Sequence record: MH517022.1
Length of the DNA: 64,000 nucleotides
Strand: one strand, 5' to 3'
Origin: Acinetobacter phage SH-Ab 15599
Position numbers and translations under genes: made by a program. Positions 7,662-15,865 of the stretch are shown here, in pieces (position 1 is the first letter of the stretch; the number at the start of each line of letters is the position of its first letter). The notes beneath the pieces were generated by a model. That model did not search any database and was not told where the DNA came from. It was given only the letters and a program-made list of their open reading frames with translations.

Positions 7662-8252
7662 ATGACTACATTAACAACAAATCAAGAAAACGTTCTTTTG
7701 GCTCTTGCTAAAGACACTCAATTATTAACGCAGCCTTGGGTATCAACAGCTGAAATTGCTGAAGTTACGGGTCTCACTAAATTGGTTACATCTGGTCTTG
7801 TATGTTCAATGATCCACAAAGGTCTTTTGATTTCATTGAAACAAAAGAAATGGGATGGCTCAAGATACCAGTACACTGAAGAAGGTTTAGCTGCTATTCA
7901 ACACAAATTGACTCCAGTTCAAGAAAAACCTGCTAAACAAAGAACCAAATATGTTACATTTGCAGGTCAACGTATCACCGAGAACCAAGCTGCAGTAATC
8001 AAAGCCCTAGCATACAGTCAATATACACAGGCTAACGGCGCTCCAGAAACAGCGCAAAGCATTGATGAACTTAGCACTTGGTTATATGTAGATGAAATTG
8101 CTAAAGAATGCGGTATGACCGTTAAAACGGCTAAGGCAGTGGTTGGAACATTAGTGAAATCTGGTTATTATACAGTTGCCGAAGATGAAGACAATATTGC
8201 ATGCCCAACTGAACTCGGTTTTGAGATCATCAAAGCAATGGTTCAAAAATAA
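7662..8252 (+). CDS. protein made of two tandem winged-helix-like DNA-binding repeats
   Basis: Internal duplication: ENVLLALAKD...AEIAEVTGLTKLVTSGLVCSMIHKGLL versus ENQAAVIKALAYSQ...DEIAKECGMTVKTAKAVVGTLVKSGYY. GGAG RBS. Confidence 0.55.
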   Translation: MTTLTTNQENVLLALAKDTQLLTQPWVSTAEIAEVTGLTKLVTSGLVCSMIHKGLLISLKQKKWDGSRYQYTEEGLAAIQHKLTPVQEKPAKQRTKYVTFAGQRITENQAAVIKALAYSQYTQANGAPETAQSIDELSTWLYVDEIAKECGMTVKTAKAVVGTLVKSGYYTVAEDEDNIACPTELGFEIIKAMVQK

Positions 8253-8269
8253 TTCAAATGAAATATACA

Positions 8270-8298
8270 GTCTCCTTCGGGAGGCTTTCTTGTTTTTA
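8270..8298 (+). terminator. rho-independent terminator (GTCTCC-UUCG-GGAGGC plus T-run); 22-nt identity with the 693 site
   Basis: ctccttcgggaggctttcttgt is repeated exactly. Confidence 0.6.
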
Positions 8299-8352
8299 AA
8301 GATCATTATCTTATTCAGTTATAATATTATCATCTACCTCTGGACAACTACA

Positions 8353-8955
8353 ATGATCAAATTTTCTGATTTCAAAGATAAGTCTTATTCCCTTGCAAGT
8401 CTTCAAGACATTTTGAATAAGGCGACCCAAGAATACGTTAAGGCTAATGACGCCGTGCGTCTTCCGCCTATAAACCCCTCTTCTCCTGGTTACCAACATC
8501 ATATGGTTCGTTGCGAAGCGTATGTTGATATTTTGGAAATGGCAATTGTCGGTAAAACAAAATTTGGAGCATATCCAGAAGGGAATAAACAACTGCATCT
8601 TCCTGATCGTTTATCGTCTTTCAAATTTTTATATACAACTGAAGTTTGTGTCATTGTATCTGAAGACAGTTACGTTCAATCTGCTCTTCTGAAATTGTTT
8701 GCTTCAGCTAAAATTCAGTTCAAACTAGCAAATGCGCGTAGTGGACACTCCGTGTTCCGCAGCGCAATGGATAGACCATTACACGTTTGTTTATTCTTGG
8801 TTGAAACATTAGAAGATTCTTTATTTGGTGCTCCAATCATGGTAGTGAACAATATCAATGAAGATGTTCTGATCAAAACCGAAGAACGTCTTGCAGCAAT
8901 CAAGAATGAAATGTTCAACAGAGGTTATTTGAAAGATAGTCTCACTCAAGTATAA
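8353..8955 (+). CDS. hypothetical protein (about 200 aa)
   Basis: Start set at MIKFSDFK after the terminator. The longer ORF from 8176 overlaps the upstream gene. Confidence 0.5.
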   Translation: MIKFSDFKDKSYSLASLQDILNKATQEYVKANDAVRLPPINPSSPGYQHHMVRCEAYVDILEMAIVGKTKFGAYPEGNKQLHLPDRLSSFKFLYTTEVCVIVSEDSYVQSALLKLFASAKIQFKLANARSGHSVFRSAMDRPLHVCLFLVETLEDSLFGAPIMVVNNINEDVLIKTEERLAAIKNEMFNRGYLKDSLTQV

Positions 8956-9033
8956 ACAAAACTTGATTTTTAATTGAATTCCTTTTTAAGATTATAATCC
9001 ATTTATGATTTGAAATACTAAAAGGAATTCAAG

Positions 9034-9150
9034 ATGAAAATTTACTCAGCAACTATCTTAACATGCCGTTATTGCTTCAAACCTGTTAACAACTATAACC
9101 GCATTTGTGGTTTGTGCGATGCAGTGTTGCAAGAGGGCTTTGGCTACTAG
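9034..9150 (+). CDS. small zinc-ribbon protein (38 aa, CxxC...CxxC)
   Basis: AAAGGAA RBS. Sequence MKIYSATILTCRYCFKPVNNYNRICGLCDAVLQEGFGY. Below the ORF-track size cutoff. Confidence 0.4.
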   Translation: MKIYSATILTCRYCFKPVNNYNRICGLCDAVLQEGFGY

Positions 9151-9161
9151 GAGTTCATTAA

Positions 9162-9383
9162 ATGAACGACAAACAATTATTGAAGTTAATGGCTTCAAAT
9201 ATTGCAGCAGGTATGGTCTCTTCGTTAAAAGATCAAAAGGATTATGACCGTTTCAAAGAAATGGCGGATAGAGAAGGTCTCAAAGTGAGAACGTGGATTA
9301 CTAAAAATTCCGTTCGTCAAGCCAAGTCTATCTCCAAAGAAGTTGATCAGACATATACCGTCGTTGATGAGCAGAAGGATTAA
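9162..9383 (+). CDS. hypothetical protein (73 aa)
   Basis: Strong AGGAG RBS. Confidence 0.55.
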   Translation: MNDKQLLKLMASNIAAGMVSSLKDQKDYDRFKEMADREGLKVRTWITKNSVRQAKSISKEVDQTYTVVDEQKD

Positions 9384-9388
9384 AAGAG

Positions 9389-9694
9389 ATGGCAACTTAC
9401 ATTCTTGAAAAACAAGACTTTGAACGTCATCTCGGATCAAAAACATTTACCTTTTGTAAGTTGCATACGACTTGGGACAGAAGAGATAATCAAAGTATTT
9501 CTGAACTTTGGAAAGAGCATGTAAACCCTCATTTCAATGACTTCAGACATTCTGAGTTAAAAACGGCGTTTGTGGCTCTTCAACCTGTATTCCGTTGCGT
9601 TTCATTTTGTATGAGAGTTGAATTATCTCAAGAAGAAATGGATCATCTATTCAGATTAATTGAATTAGCGAATAGTGGAAAGGGTTCACTATAA
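9389..9694 (+). CDS. hypothetical protein (101 aa)
   Basis: AAAGAG RBS; starts 6 nt after the previous stop. Confidence 0.5.
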   Translation: MATYILEKQDFERHLGSKTFTFCKLHTTWDRRDNQSISELWKEHVNPHFNDFRHSELKTAFVALQPVFRCVSFCMRVELSQEEMDHLFRLIELANSGKGSL

Positions 9695-9985
9695 TAACTC
9701 TACTGATAATGATATGAGTTATGGTGAAGATGAGTTCCGACTTGTTTAACCCCTAAGACACTGAAGCCCTCGGGCATAACCAATAATGAGGATGTAGAAG
9801 ACAGTAAGTTGATAAGGTTGAAATTCTTATCATCTGATATAGTTCTAAGATAGAAGGAGAGTATCAACTCTCAAACCAAGAGTCACTGCGGCTATTAAAG
9901 AATAGACATACTCATATCCTTCTTGAGAATTCAGCTTGTCGGTCGTTTTAGATGTTCAACAGCAACTTAAAAATATTTAGATGAA

Positions 9986-10019
9986 AGAGGGAGCATTTCA
10001 GACTGGCTCCCTCTTTTAA
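9986..10019 (+). terminator. rho-independent terminator (AGAGGGAGC ... GCTCCCTCT plus TTTTAAT)
   Basis: 9-bp stem followed by a T-run. Confidence 0.5.
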
Positions 10020-10082
10020 TTTGAGAATAACAATAACCCTAATGATCCAATATAATAAAGAAAATCAACAGAGACTCTCAAT

Positions 10083-10352
10083 ATGCTCACGCCAGAAGAA
10101 CAACTCACCAAGCTTATAGCTTTCAAGGCTAAGATCGAATTGATCAAACCCCGTATCCCCTTGATGGGTTTAGAAGTTGAACAAGCTTGTCAAATCATGT
10201 TTGAACTTGGAGAAGCTAATAACAGCATTTGGTTAGCGACTCGAAATCAATTGAGTCAAGGTATTGTTTGTAAATTAATTGAAATTATTGAAACTCGATA
10301 CGGTCAAATATTAGATCAAGCAGAACAGGATGATTGGAATGAAGTTGATTAA
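10083..10352 (+). CDS. hypothetical protein (89 aa)
   Basis: ORF present. Confidence 0.45.
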   Translation: MLTPEEQLTKLIAFKAKIELIKPRIPLMGLEVEQACQIMFELGEANNSIWLATRNQLSQGIVCKLIEIIETRYGQILDQAEQDDWNEVD

Positions 10353-10461
10353 ATCAATAATTGGAAAAACGTTTTGTATCCTTGCTTTACCATTCTTTGG
10401 AATTGGTATGGCTTGTTTATACATTGCTGCAGTCATTACAGATACATTCATTGATTGGTGA
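10339..10461 (+). CDS. possible hydrophobic micropeptide (40 aa)
   Basis: MKLIKSIIGKTFCILALPFFGIGMACLYIAAVITDTFIDW. Overlaps the end of the upstream gene. Low confidence. Confidence 0.2.
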   Translation: MKLIKSIIGKTFCILALPFFGIGMACLYIAAVITDTFIDW

Positions 10462-10467
10462 TTCAAA

Positions 10468-10641
10468 ATGAGCAGAACGCGTAAGGGTAGTAAACCAGTT
10501 GGATATGAATACTGGGGCAAGCGTCCAGGGTCTTATTGGGTAGACAGAAAGACCTGCCATCGTAAAGAGCGCATGGAAGGCAAAGATGAGGTTAGAAACA
10601 ATCTCAAGAATGAGGAGAAACATAATGCAGATGTGTTATGA
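10468..10641 (+). CDS. possible small highly basic protein (57 aa)
   Basis: MSRTRKGSKPVGYEYWGKRPGSYWVDRKTCHRKER.... Its stop overlaps the start region of the next gene. Confidence 0.3.
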   Translation: MSRTRKGSKPVGYEYWGKRPGSYWVDRKTCHRKERMEGKDEVRNNLKNEEKHNADVL

Positions 10642-11059
10642 CAGTACATATTTCGACTGGGGAACCTACCCAAGCTGGGTCAATTGTATATTAGTTTCAA
10701 GAGTAAAACGGGAAGAGTATGATGAGTCTACAGGTTCCAATAAGCAAGTAACTTATCGCCTTTCATCTCCTCTTATGGATATGCCTACATTTGAAAATGG
10801 CGTTTATAGATTTGAGGGATTGTATATTCAGAAACAAATTGATGAAGGTACTCTTGAGCCTCTGGAGTTACACACTAAACCTACTCCGTGTCCATTTCAA
10901 ATAGGAGAGATTGTTGAACTATTTTATGAAGGGCGTACAGTGGTGGGCAATGGTTCTAGAGTTCAATTGCTTGAAATACTCGGTAATGGTTGGGTTGTAG
11001 TTACGACTGGTATTAGTCAATGGCCTGAGCGTGTATCTAATATTCGTAAATGTTCATGA
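10625..11059 (+). CDS. hypothetical protein (144 aa; start MQMCYDS with a GAGGAG RBS)
   Basis: Strong RBS 7 nt upstream of the ATG at 10625. The TTG start at 10586 is rejected. Confidence 0.55.
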   Translation: MQMCYDSTYFDWGTYPSWVNCILVSRVKREEYDESTGSNKQVTYRLSSPLMDMPTFENGVYRFEGLYIQKQIDEGTLEPLELHTKPTPCPFQIGEIVELFYEGRTVVGNGSRVQLLEILGNGWVVVTTGISQWPERVSNIRKCS

Positions 11060-11087
11060 ACAAAAATTTTTAAATTCCATAAAAATT

Positions 11088-11111
11088 GCCCTGTTATTAA
11101 CAGGGCTTTTT
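11088..11111. terminator. bidirectional rho-independent terminator (GCCCTG-TTATTAA-CAGGGC flanked by A-run and T-run)
   Basis: Sits between convergent genes: the plus gene ends at 11059 and terL ends at 11150. Confidence 0.6.
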
Positions 11112-11149
11112 AGTGTCTTATTTTGTCTCCCAGCCTACCGTGTGACTGG

Positions 11150-12961
11150 TTAATTCCAATATCCATTTCTTCCATAAGAATCATGAACATAAGGGTCATA
11201 CATATCTGTACCTCTTAATCCAGCGTAAGGGTCGGGATCATTATCAGCAAAGAACTGTTCCACGCTTCTGTTTTTAAGATATGCTAAACGTTCTTCATCT
11301 TCATTCTGCATAGATGTTGAGCTGAAGAATGTAGCCATAGCGGTATCAGACAATTTAGCGTCATGGATAGCTTTTAGACGGTCTTGAATAGTCTTTTTAT
11401 CAGCCGTCTCAAACTCTGAAATGAAGAACGGGTCTTTCACCAACCAACTGAATAACACAAGTGTCATTACAGTATCGTCTTTCGCGCCTTCATCTGCCTC
11501 ATATGATCCAGTCTTGTTAGCTACGAAAGTGCCCAACTCATCAATCATGATCTCAGATTCAATAACTAATGATTCCGTTTCTAACAAGGTTTTAAGGTTA
11601 GAACAACCAATAGATTTAGTTGCTTTAGTTGTCTTAATGCCTGGTTTAGCTCCAGAACCACCAATTTGTAAACCAAGACCGTTCTTTTTAGCAGATGTCA
11701 AGAATACATTTTCATATTCAATTTCATAGTACAGAATCTGAATAATTTGAGAACCAACGGCGTTATTCTCTACCAGACACCAAGCATTGTTGTACTGAGT
11801 ACAGATTCTTTCTATCTCATAAGGGAATAGGAGTGGCGAGATAGTGTTAGAATGATATGTGGCCACAACTTTGTATGGCTTCTCAGTTACATCAAAGATC
11901 GTAATGACGGAGTTGTCTTGACCTACCCCCTCGGCACAGTCCACTGTTGCCACATATAGACGTTCTTTATCAGGAGCTGTTAAAATTTCATACGCGCCGT
12001 CATCAAATGAATGAATCGGAGACGCAAATGACATTTTCTCAAGAATATTTGAAGAAATCAAACCGCCAGCTGATGCAAGGAACTTACACTCATGTTCTTG
12101 AGAGAATCTAGAATCGCCCAATGATTTACGAGTTTTGTTAGCCCAATCTTCAGTACGTCCAGGCACACTTCTCCAAGTAACAAGAAGTGATTTGAATCCA
12201 TTCCAATTTTCTCCTTTACCTTGAGAGCCTTGCCAGATTTTATGGAATTGACCTCTGGCTCCCTTAGGAGTAGATGTGATGAGAATCTTAGATGTTTCAC
12301 CTGAAGATACAACTGGGAATACAGAATCAACAAAGTCTTCGTCATTGGCTAAGAACGCCATCTCATCAAGATACAGTAATGATGCTGAACGACCACGAAT
12401 AGAGTCAGAAGATGATGCATGACCTTCACAAGATGAACCATTTTCAAACAAGATGTTACCTTGGTTGAATGCGACTGCGCCCTGTTGTAAGAAGTATGGC
12501 AATTCTTCATATAAACGTCTTAGACGCTTCATGATTTCCATTGCCTGAGCTTCTTTGTTAGCAAGTACGTGACAATCTTTCTCAGCATGGAAGATCAAAT
12601 ACCAAGCCAAGAACCCTACAACAGCAGTAGTCTTACCAGCCTGACGACAAGTAAGAGCAATATTATAGCGATTCTCTTGATAGTTCTTGATCATTTCCTC
12701 TTGATATGGGTATAACTCAAGAGGTACAAGACCTCGGTCAACGTGTACTACGCGTCCATAGGTCTTCAAGAAGTAAATTGGATCTTTCTTACACTTCAGC
12801 CATTCTTTGATCTGAGCTTCAGACATGTCAATAGACACACCAGCTCTCTTCACACGAGGTTTACCAACAAACAATTGTTCTTTTGTAAGAATGGAATCCT
12901 CTACAGGCCAAGGGTATTTGCCACCATTCTTTTGAAATGTAGTGATTCCATCTGCTTTCAT
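11150..12961 (-). CDS. terminase large subunit (T4 gp17-like)
   Basis: Walker A TCRQAGKTT and T4 gp17-like motifs (YQEEM, LYLDEMAF, ILITSTPKG). 603 aa. Confidence 0.9.
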   Translation of the reverse strand: MKADGITTFQKNGGKYPWPVEDSILTKEQLFVGKPRVKRAGVSIDMSEAQIKEWLKCKKDPIYFLKTYGRVVHVDRGLVPLELYPYQEEMIKNYQENRYNIALTCRQAGKTTAVVGFLAWYLIFHAEKDCHVLANKEAQAMEIMKRLRRLYEELPYFLQQGAVAFNQGNILFENGSSCEGHASSSDSIRGRSASLLYLDEMAFLANDEDFVDSVFPVVSSGETSKILITSTPKGARGQFHKIWQGSQGKGENWNGFKSLLVTWRSVPGRTEDWANKTRKSLGDSRFSQEHECKFLASAGGLISSNILEKMSFASPIHSFDDGAYEILTAPDKERLYVATVDCAEGVGQDNSVITIFDVTEKPYKVVATYHSNTISPLLFPYEIERICTQYNNAWCLVENNAVGSQIIQILYYEIEYENVFLTSAKKNGLGLQIGGSGAKPGIKTTKATKSIGCSNLKTLLETESLVIESEIMIDELGTFVANKTGSYEADEGAKDDTVMTLVLFSWLVKDPFFISEFETADKKTIQDRLKAIHDAKLSDTAMATFFSSTSMQNEDEERLAYLKNRSVEQFFADNDPDPYAGLRGTDMYDPYVHDSYGRNGYWN

Positions 12962-13470
12962 TAAGAGTTACCGCCTTGACTATTACGTTCAGCTTCAGCT
13001 TCATCAGCTAATCTGAGGAGTTCAGATGTATTTACTGCTACTGTCTTAGCGATGTTAATTGTTGTACCTTCTTCAGCCTCTTCAGGTGGCGTCTTAGGAA
13101 CAACTTTAGCGTCTTTGTAAATGGTCTTCATGTTACTATGAAGTGAAACAAGTTCTTTCACAGAGTTCAAAGCATTTGAAGATGCAGAGTTGAAAGCCTC
13201 AATTGCTCGAGGGTGTTCAGTCTCTTTAGCAACTGTAGATGCTCTATGAGTGATCTCAAGGTTCATTGTAATCAATGCATGAATGGCACTACGAGCAAAA
13301 GACAAGTCTGGTTTAGCATCAGAGTCTTCAATATCAGGCGCATTGGATGGTTTGATTTCAAGCTCAAAATCTTCGCGCTGCGGTCTCTCATCTGGAGATA
13401 CGTCTCCTAGATTTGTATCTGAGCCTGCGGGGATAATCCCCAACTCAGATAAAAGGTTATTCATGCTCAT
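12961..13470 (-). CDS. terminase small subunit (T4 gp16-like)
   Basis: Immediately upstream of terL. C-terminal similarity to T4 gp16 (…LHSNMKTIYKDAKVV… / …LKLHKDMKDITSEQVG…). Confidence 0.7.
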   Translation of the reverse strand: MSMNNLLSELGIIPAGSDTNLGDVSPDERPQREDFELEIKPSNAPDIEDSDAKPDLSFARSAIHALITMNLEITHRASTVAKETEHPRAIEAFNSASSNALNSVKELVSLHSNMKTIYKDAKVVPKTPPEEAEEGTTINIAKTVAVNTSELLRLADEAEAERNSQGGNS

Positions 13471-14242
13471 TCATATCCTCCACAACAACCTGTTTCAATG
13501 ATCTCAATTCTACATCTTCAGAAGGTGCAATGGTTGTGATCCATTTATTTTCTTCCAAATTAGTGTCAATTTGGAGAACAACTGGAACATCATCAATTGA
13601 ATTGTACAAGTATCCCTTCAGCGTGAACATCAGGTTGAACTCTACAATTCTGGTTTGATCCATATCCTCGAAATTGTCAGTAAGATCCATTGATGGATGT
13701 TTTCTTATATTTATGACTCTGGTAACGTCAAGAATTGAAGAATCCAAAACTCTAACGTTCACGCCCTTTGCAAATGCAGATTCGATCTGTTCAAAGATCA
13801 ATAATGCCTCGGTTGTTGTATTTGTTCTTACAGTTAACACATAATCTACATTATATGGAGATGGAGCAAGAGCTGATTTAGAAAAAGCTGTATTTCTTTT
13901 GTAATAAATGCTGGCACTCTTTACTCTGGCATGATCCACTGTTTGTCTAGAACCATCCCTTTGAATGGAACCGAAAGTGAATGCCATAGCTGGTAGAGTA
14001 GGTTTAGCCTTTGGGGTCCCGCTATCATTCAGTTGCGTATCACCTTTGTTTCTCACATTACCATTGGCAAAACGGATTGGTACGGGGATTTCTTTCCCAC
14101 CCAATCTGATCTTGAACCCAGAGAACAATGCACCGAAGATTGCTGAATAACGACTCAGTTGAGATTGCTCTACAATATGATGTCCATCTGCAAATAAAGA
14201 AAACTGGTTAGACATATCATTCTCCAAATGGGTTATCAACAT
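13457..14242 (-). CDS. gp15-like tail completion / sheath stabiliser (assigned by synteny)
   Basis: Position matches the T4 order 13-14-15-16-17, with overlapping starts and stops. Confidence 0.45.
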   Translation of the reverse strand: MLITHLENDMSNQFSLFADGHHIVEQSQLSRYSAIFGALFSGFKIRLGGKEIPVPIRFANGNVRNKGDTQLNDSGTPKAKPTLPAMAFTFGSIQRDGSRQTVDHARVKSASIYYKRNTAFSKSALAPSPYNVDYVLTVRTNTTTEALLIFEQIESAFAKGVNVRVLDSSILDVTRVINIRKHPSMDLTDNFEDMDQTRIVEFNLMFTLKGYLYNSIDDVPVVLQIDTNLEENKWITTIAPSEDVELRSLKQVVVEDMNEHE

Positions 14243-14846
14243 CGAACTTGACTACAGCTTCAATAGCATTAGCTGCCGTATCTTCAAAATTCTCACTTTC
14301 ATCCTGAGAAGGAAGTCCTTTGGCAAGATCGTCAAGAACGCCTTGGAAAACGTAATCTTGATTATCAAAAGCATCTTCATGTTTTGGTTGATAGATTGTA
14401 CAGTTGATAATCCAGCTATATCGTTTAGCCCCGACATAATATGTGTCATCAGTTCTCACGCGTCTTATTTCCCAGAGTCTATTACCAACTGGGTCATATA
14501 ACACGTCTCCCTCTTTGGGTTCGGAAATATTGAAGGGCTTTGATTCTTCCTTAAATCGACTCATAGCAAATCTAAGGACGGCTGTATCTGAAGGGATTAC
14601 ACCCCAGTTACTGAAGATATCAGCCTCGCCCCCGAAATTCTGGATTTCAATAACTTCACCCTCAATGGTGAATTGACGGGCTAATTTTTTGATTTCAGCA
14701 TCATTCAAAGCATTATGTTCAGATTCGATCAACTGAATATATTTGAAATCAATGCCTACAACTTGAATAGCCTCAACAACTAGATCATTGTATAGGTCGC
14801 ATTCTCCATCCGTTACTTGGATGGCATTTAACATTGGATTTAGCAT
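14217..14846 (-). CDS. gp14-like neck protein (by synteny)
   Basis: Position in the conserved neck and terminase block. Confidence 0.45.
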   Translation of the reverse strand: MLNPMLNAIQVTDGECDLYNDLVVEAIQVVGIDFKYIQLIESEHNALNDAEIKKLARQFTIEGEVIEIQNFGGEADIFSNWGVIPSDTAVLRFAMSRFKEESKPFNISEPKEGDVLYDPVGNRLWEIRRVRTDDTYYVGAKRYSWIINCTIYQPKHEDAFDNQDYVFQGVLDDLAKGLPSQDESENFEDTAANAIEAVVKFDVDNPFGE

Positions 14847-14868
14847 CAGTTGATCTCCTCTGGTCTAT

Positions 14869-15654
14869 TTACGCTAGATAAAATAAATCACATGCTTCAT
14901 TGCGTAAACGTTGCATAATGTCATCTTCATCTTGACGCCCTTGCTCTAACATAGCTTGACCGCTGATAACTTGTCCGCCAGGCAAGCGCATACCTTCGTA
15001 TTTCGACATTGTTTGACCAATAATCTGTTTACAAAAGGCAGTAGCCAAATCTTGCATGGTTTCATTATCAAAGATAAGACCGCCGTTGATTTCACTAATT
15101 GGAACAGTTTGGTTCATACCAGTATGTTGTTCTTCAGGAGGATAATCTTCAATGGCTCTTACGCAGATCATATCATTCAATTTCACAGGAAACTTTAACA
15201 TAACGCGGTGATTGAATTTAGAGAATACAAATGGAAAGATGTCCATACCAGTGGTAATCTTATATGTATCAACCCGAGCTAATGCCGCAAAATAGTCTAC
15301 CATAGACAAAGGTGTCATAAACACCCCATTTAGGAACACATTGCGAGTGAGAGTGAATTCAGTTGTAGCAAAGTACAATGGATCTGAATTTGTATTACCA
15401 GCCGGGATAATATCAGTGACGGCGTCAAATGTATCTGGTACTACAAAATAACCTTGGTCAAGAATCTCTTGGGTAATCTTAACAACACAGAAAGATTCAA
15501 ATGAAAAGTTGGTATGCCATCTCCACATTTTCTTCAGTGCGCCGTCAATAGCCCCGTTCATCTGCTCATCAGTAATGTTGATCTTCACTACTGGATAACC
15601 TAAAGAGTTCATGATGCGAGATTTTACATCAGCTCTCGTTCTATTTCTGTACAT
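14869..15654 (-). CDS. gp13-like neck protein (by synteny)
   Basis: Position in the conserved block. Confidence 0.45.
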   Translation of the reverse strand: MYRNRTRADVKSRIMNSLGYPVVKINITDEQMNGAIDGALKKMWRWHTNFSFESFCVVKITQEILDQGYFVVPDTFDAVTDIIPAGNTNSDPLYFATTEFTLTRNVFLNGVFMTPLSMVDYFAALARVDTYKITTGMDIFPFVFSKFNHRVMLKFPVKLNDMICVRAIEDYPPEEQHTGMNQTVPISEINGGLIFDNETMQDLATAFCKQIIGQTMSKYEGMRLPGGQVISGQAMLEQGRQDEDDIMQRLRNEACDLFYLA

Positions 15655-15865
15655 TGTTCATTAACTCCCGTATCTGCTCTTGCTGTTCATTATACAGACG
15701 TTTTAATGTTAGGACATCAGATTCAAGACTTTCAATTCTTTGTTTCTGAGTCCTAACAATTTCTCTTGATTTTACAAACTGAAGGAAGCCTTCGGTATCG
15801 TTATTTGATACCGAAGCCCCTTGTCTAATCCATTTATCGCTCATATTAGCCTTACGCCAACGCAA
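15641..15865 (-). CDS. small coiled-coil protein (74 aa)
   Basis: Heptad-rich C-terminus (QKQRIESLESDVLTLKRLYNEQQEQIRELMNN). Lies between the large structural gene and the gp13-like gene, where T4 has wac. Confidence 0.4.
   Translation of the reverse strand: MRWRKANMSDKWIRQGASVSNNDTEGFLQFVKSREIVRTQKQRIESLESDVLTLKRLYNEQQEQIRELMNNVQK

Noticed and set aside
8176-8352. N-terminal extension of the 8353..8955 gene
   Set aside because: Overlaps the upstream gene and runs through the rho-independent terminator.
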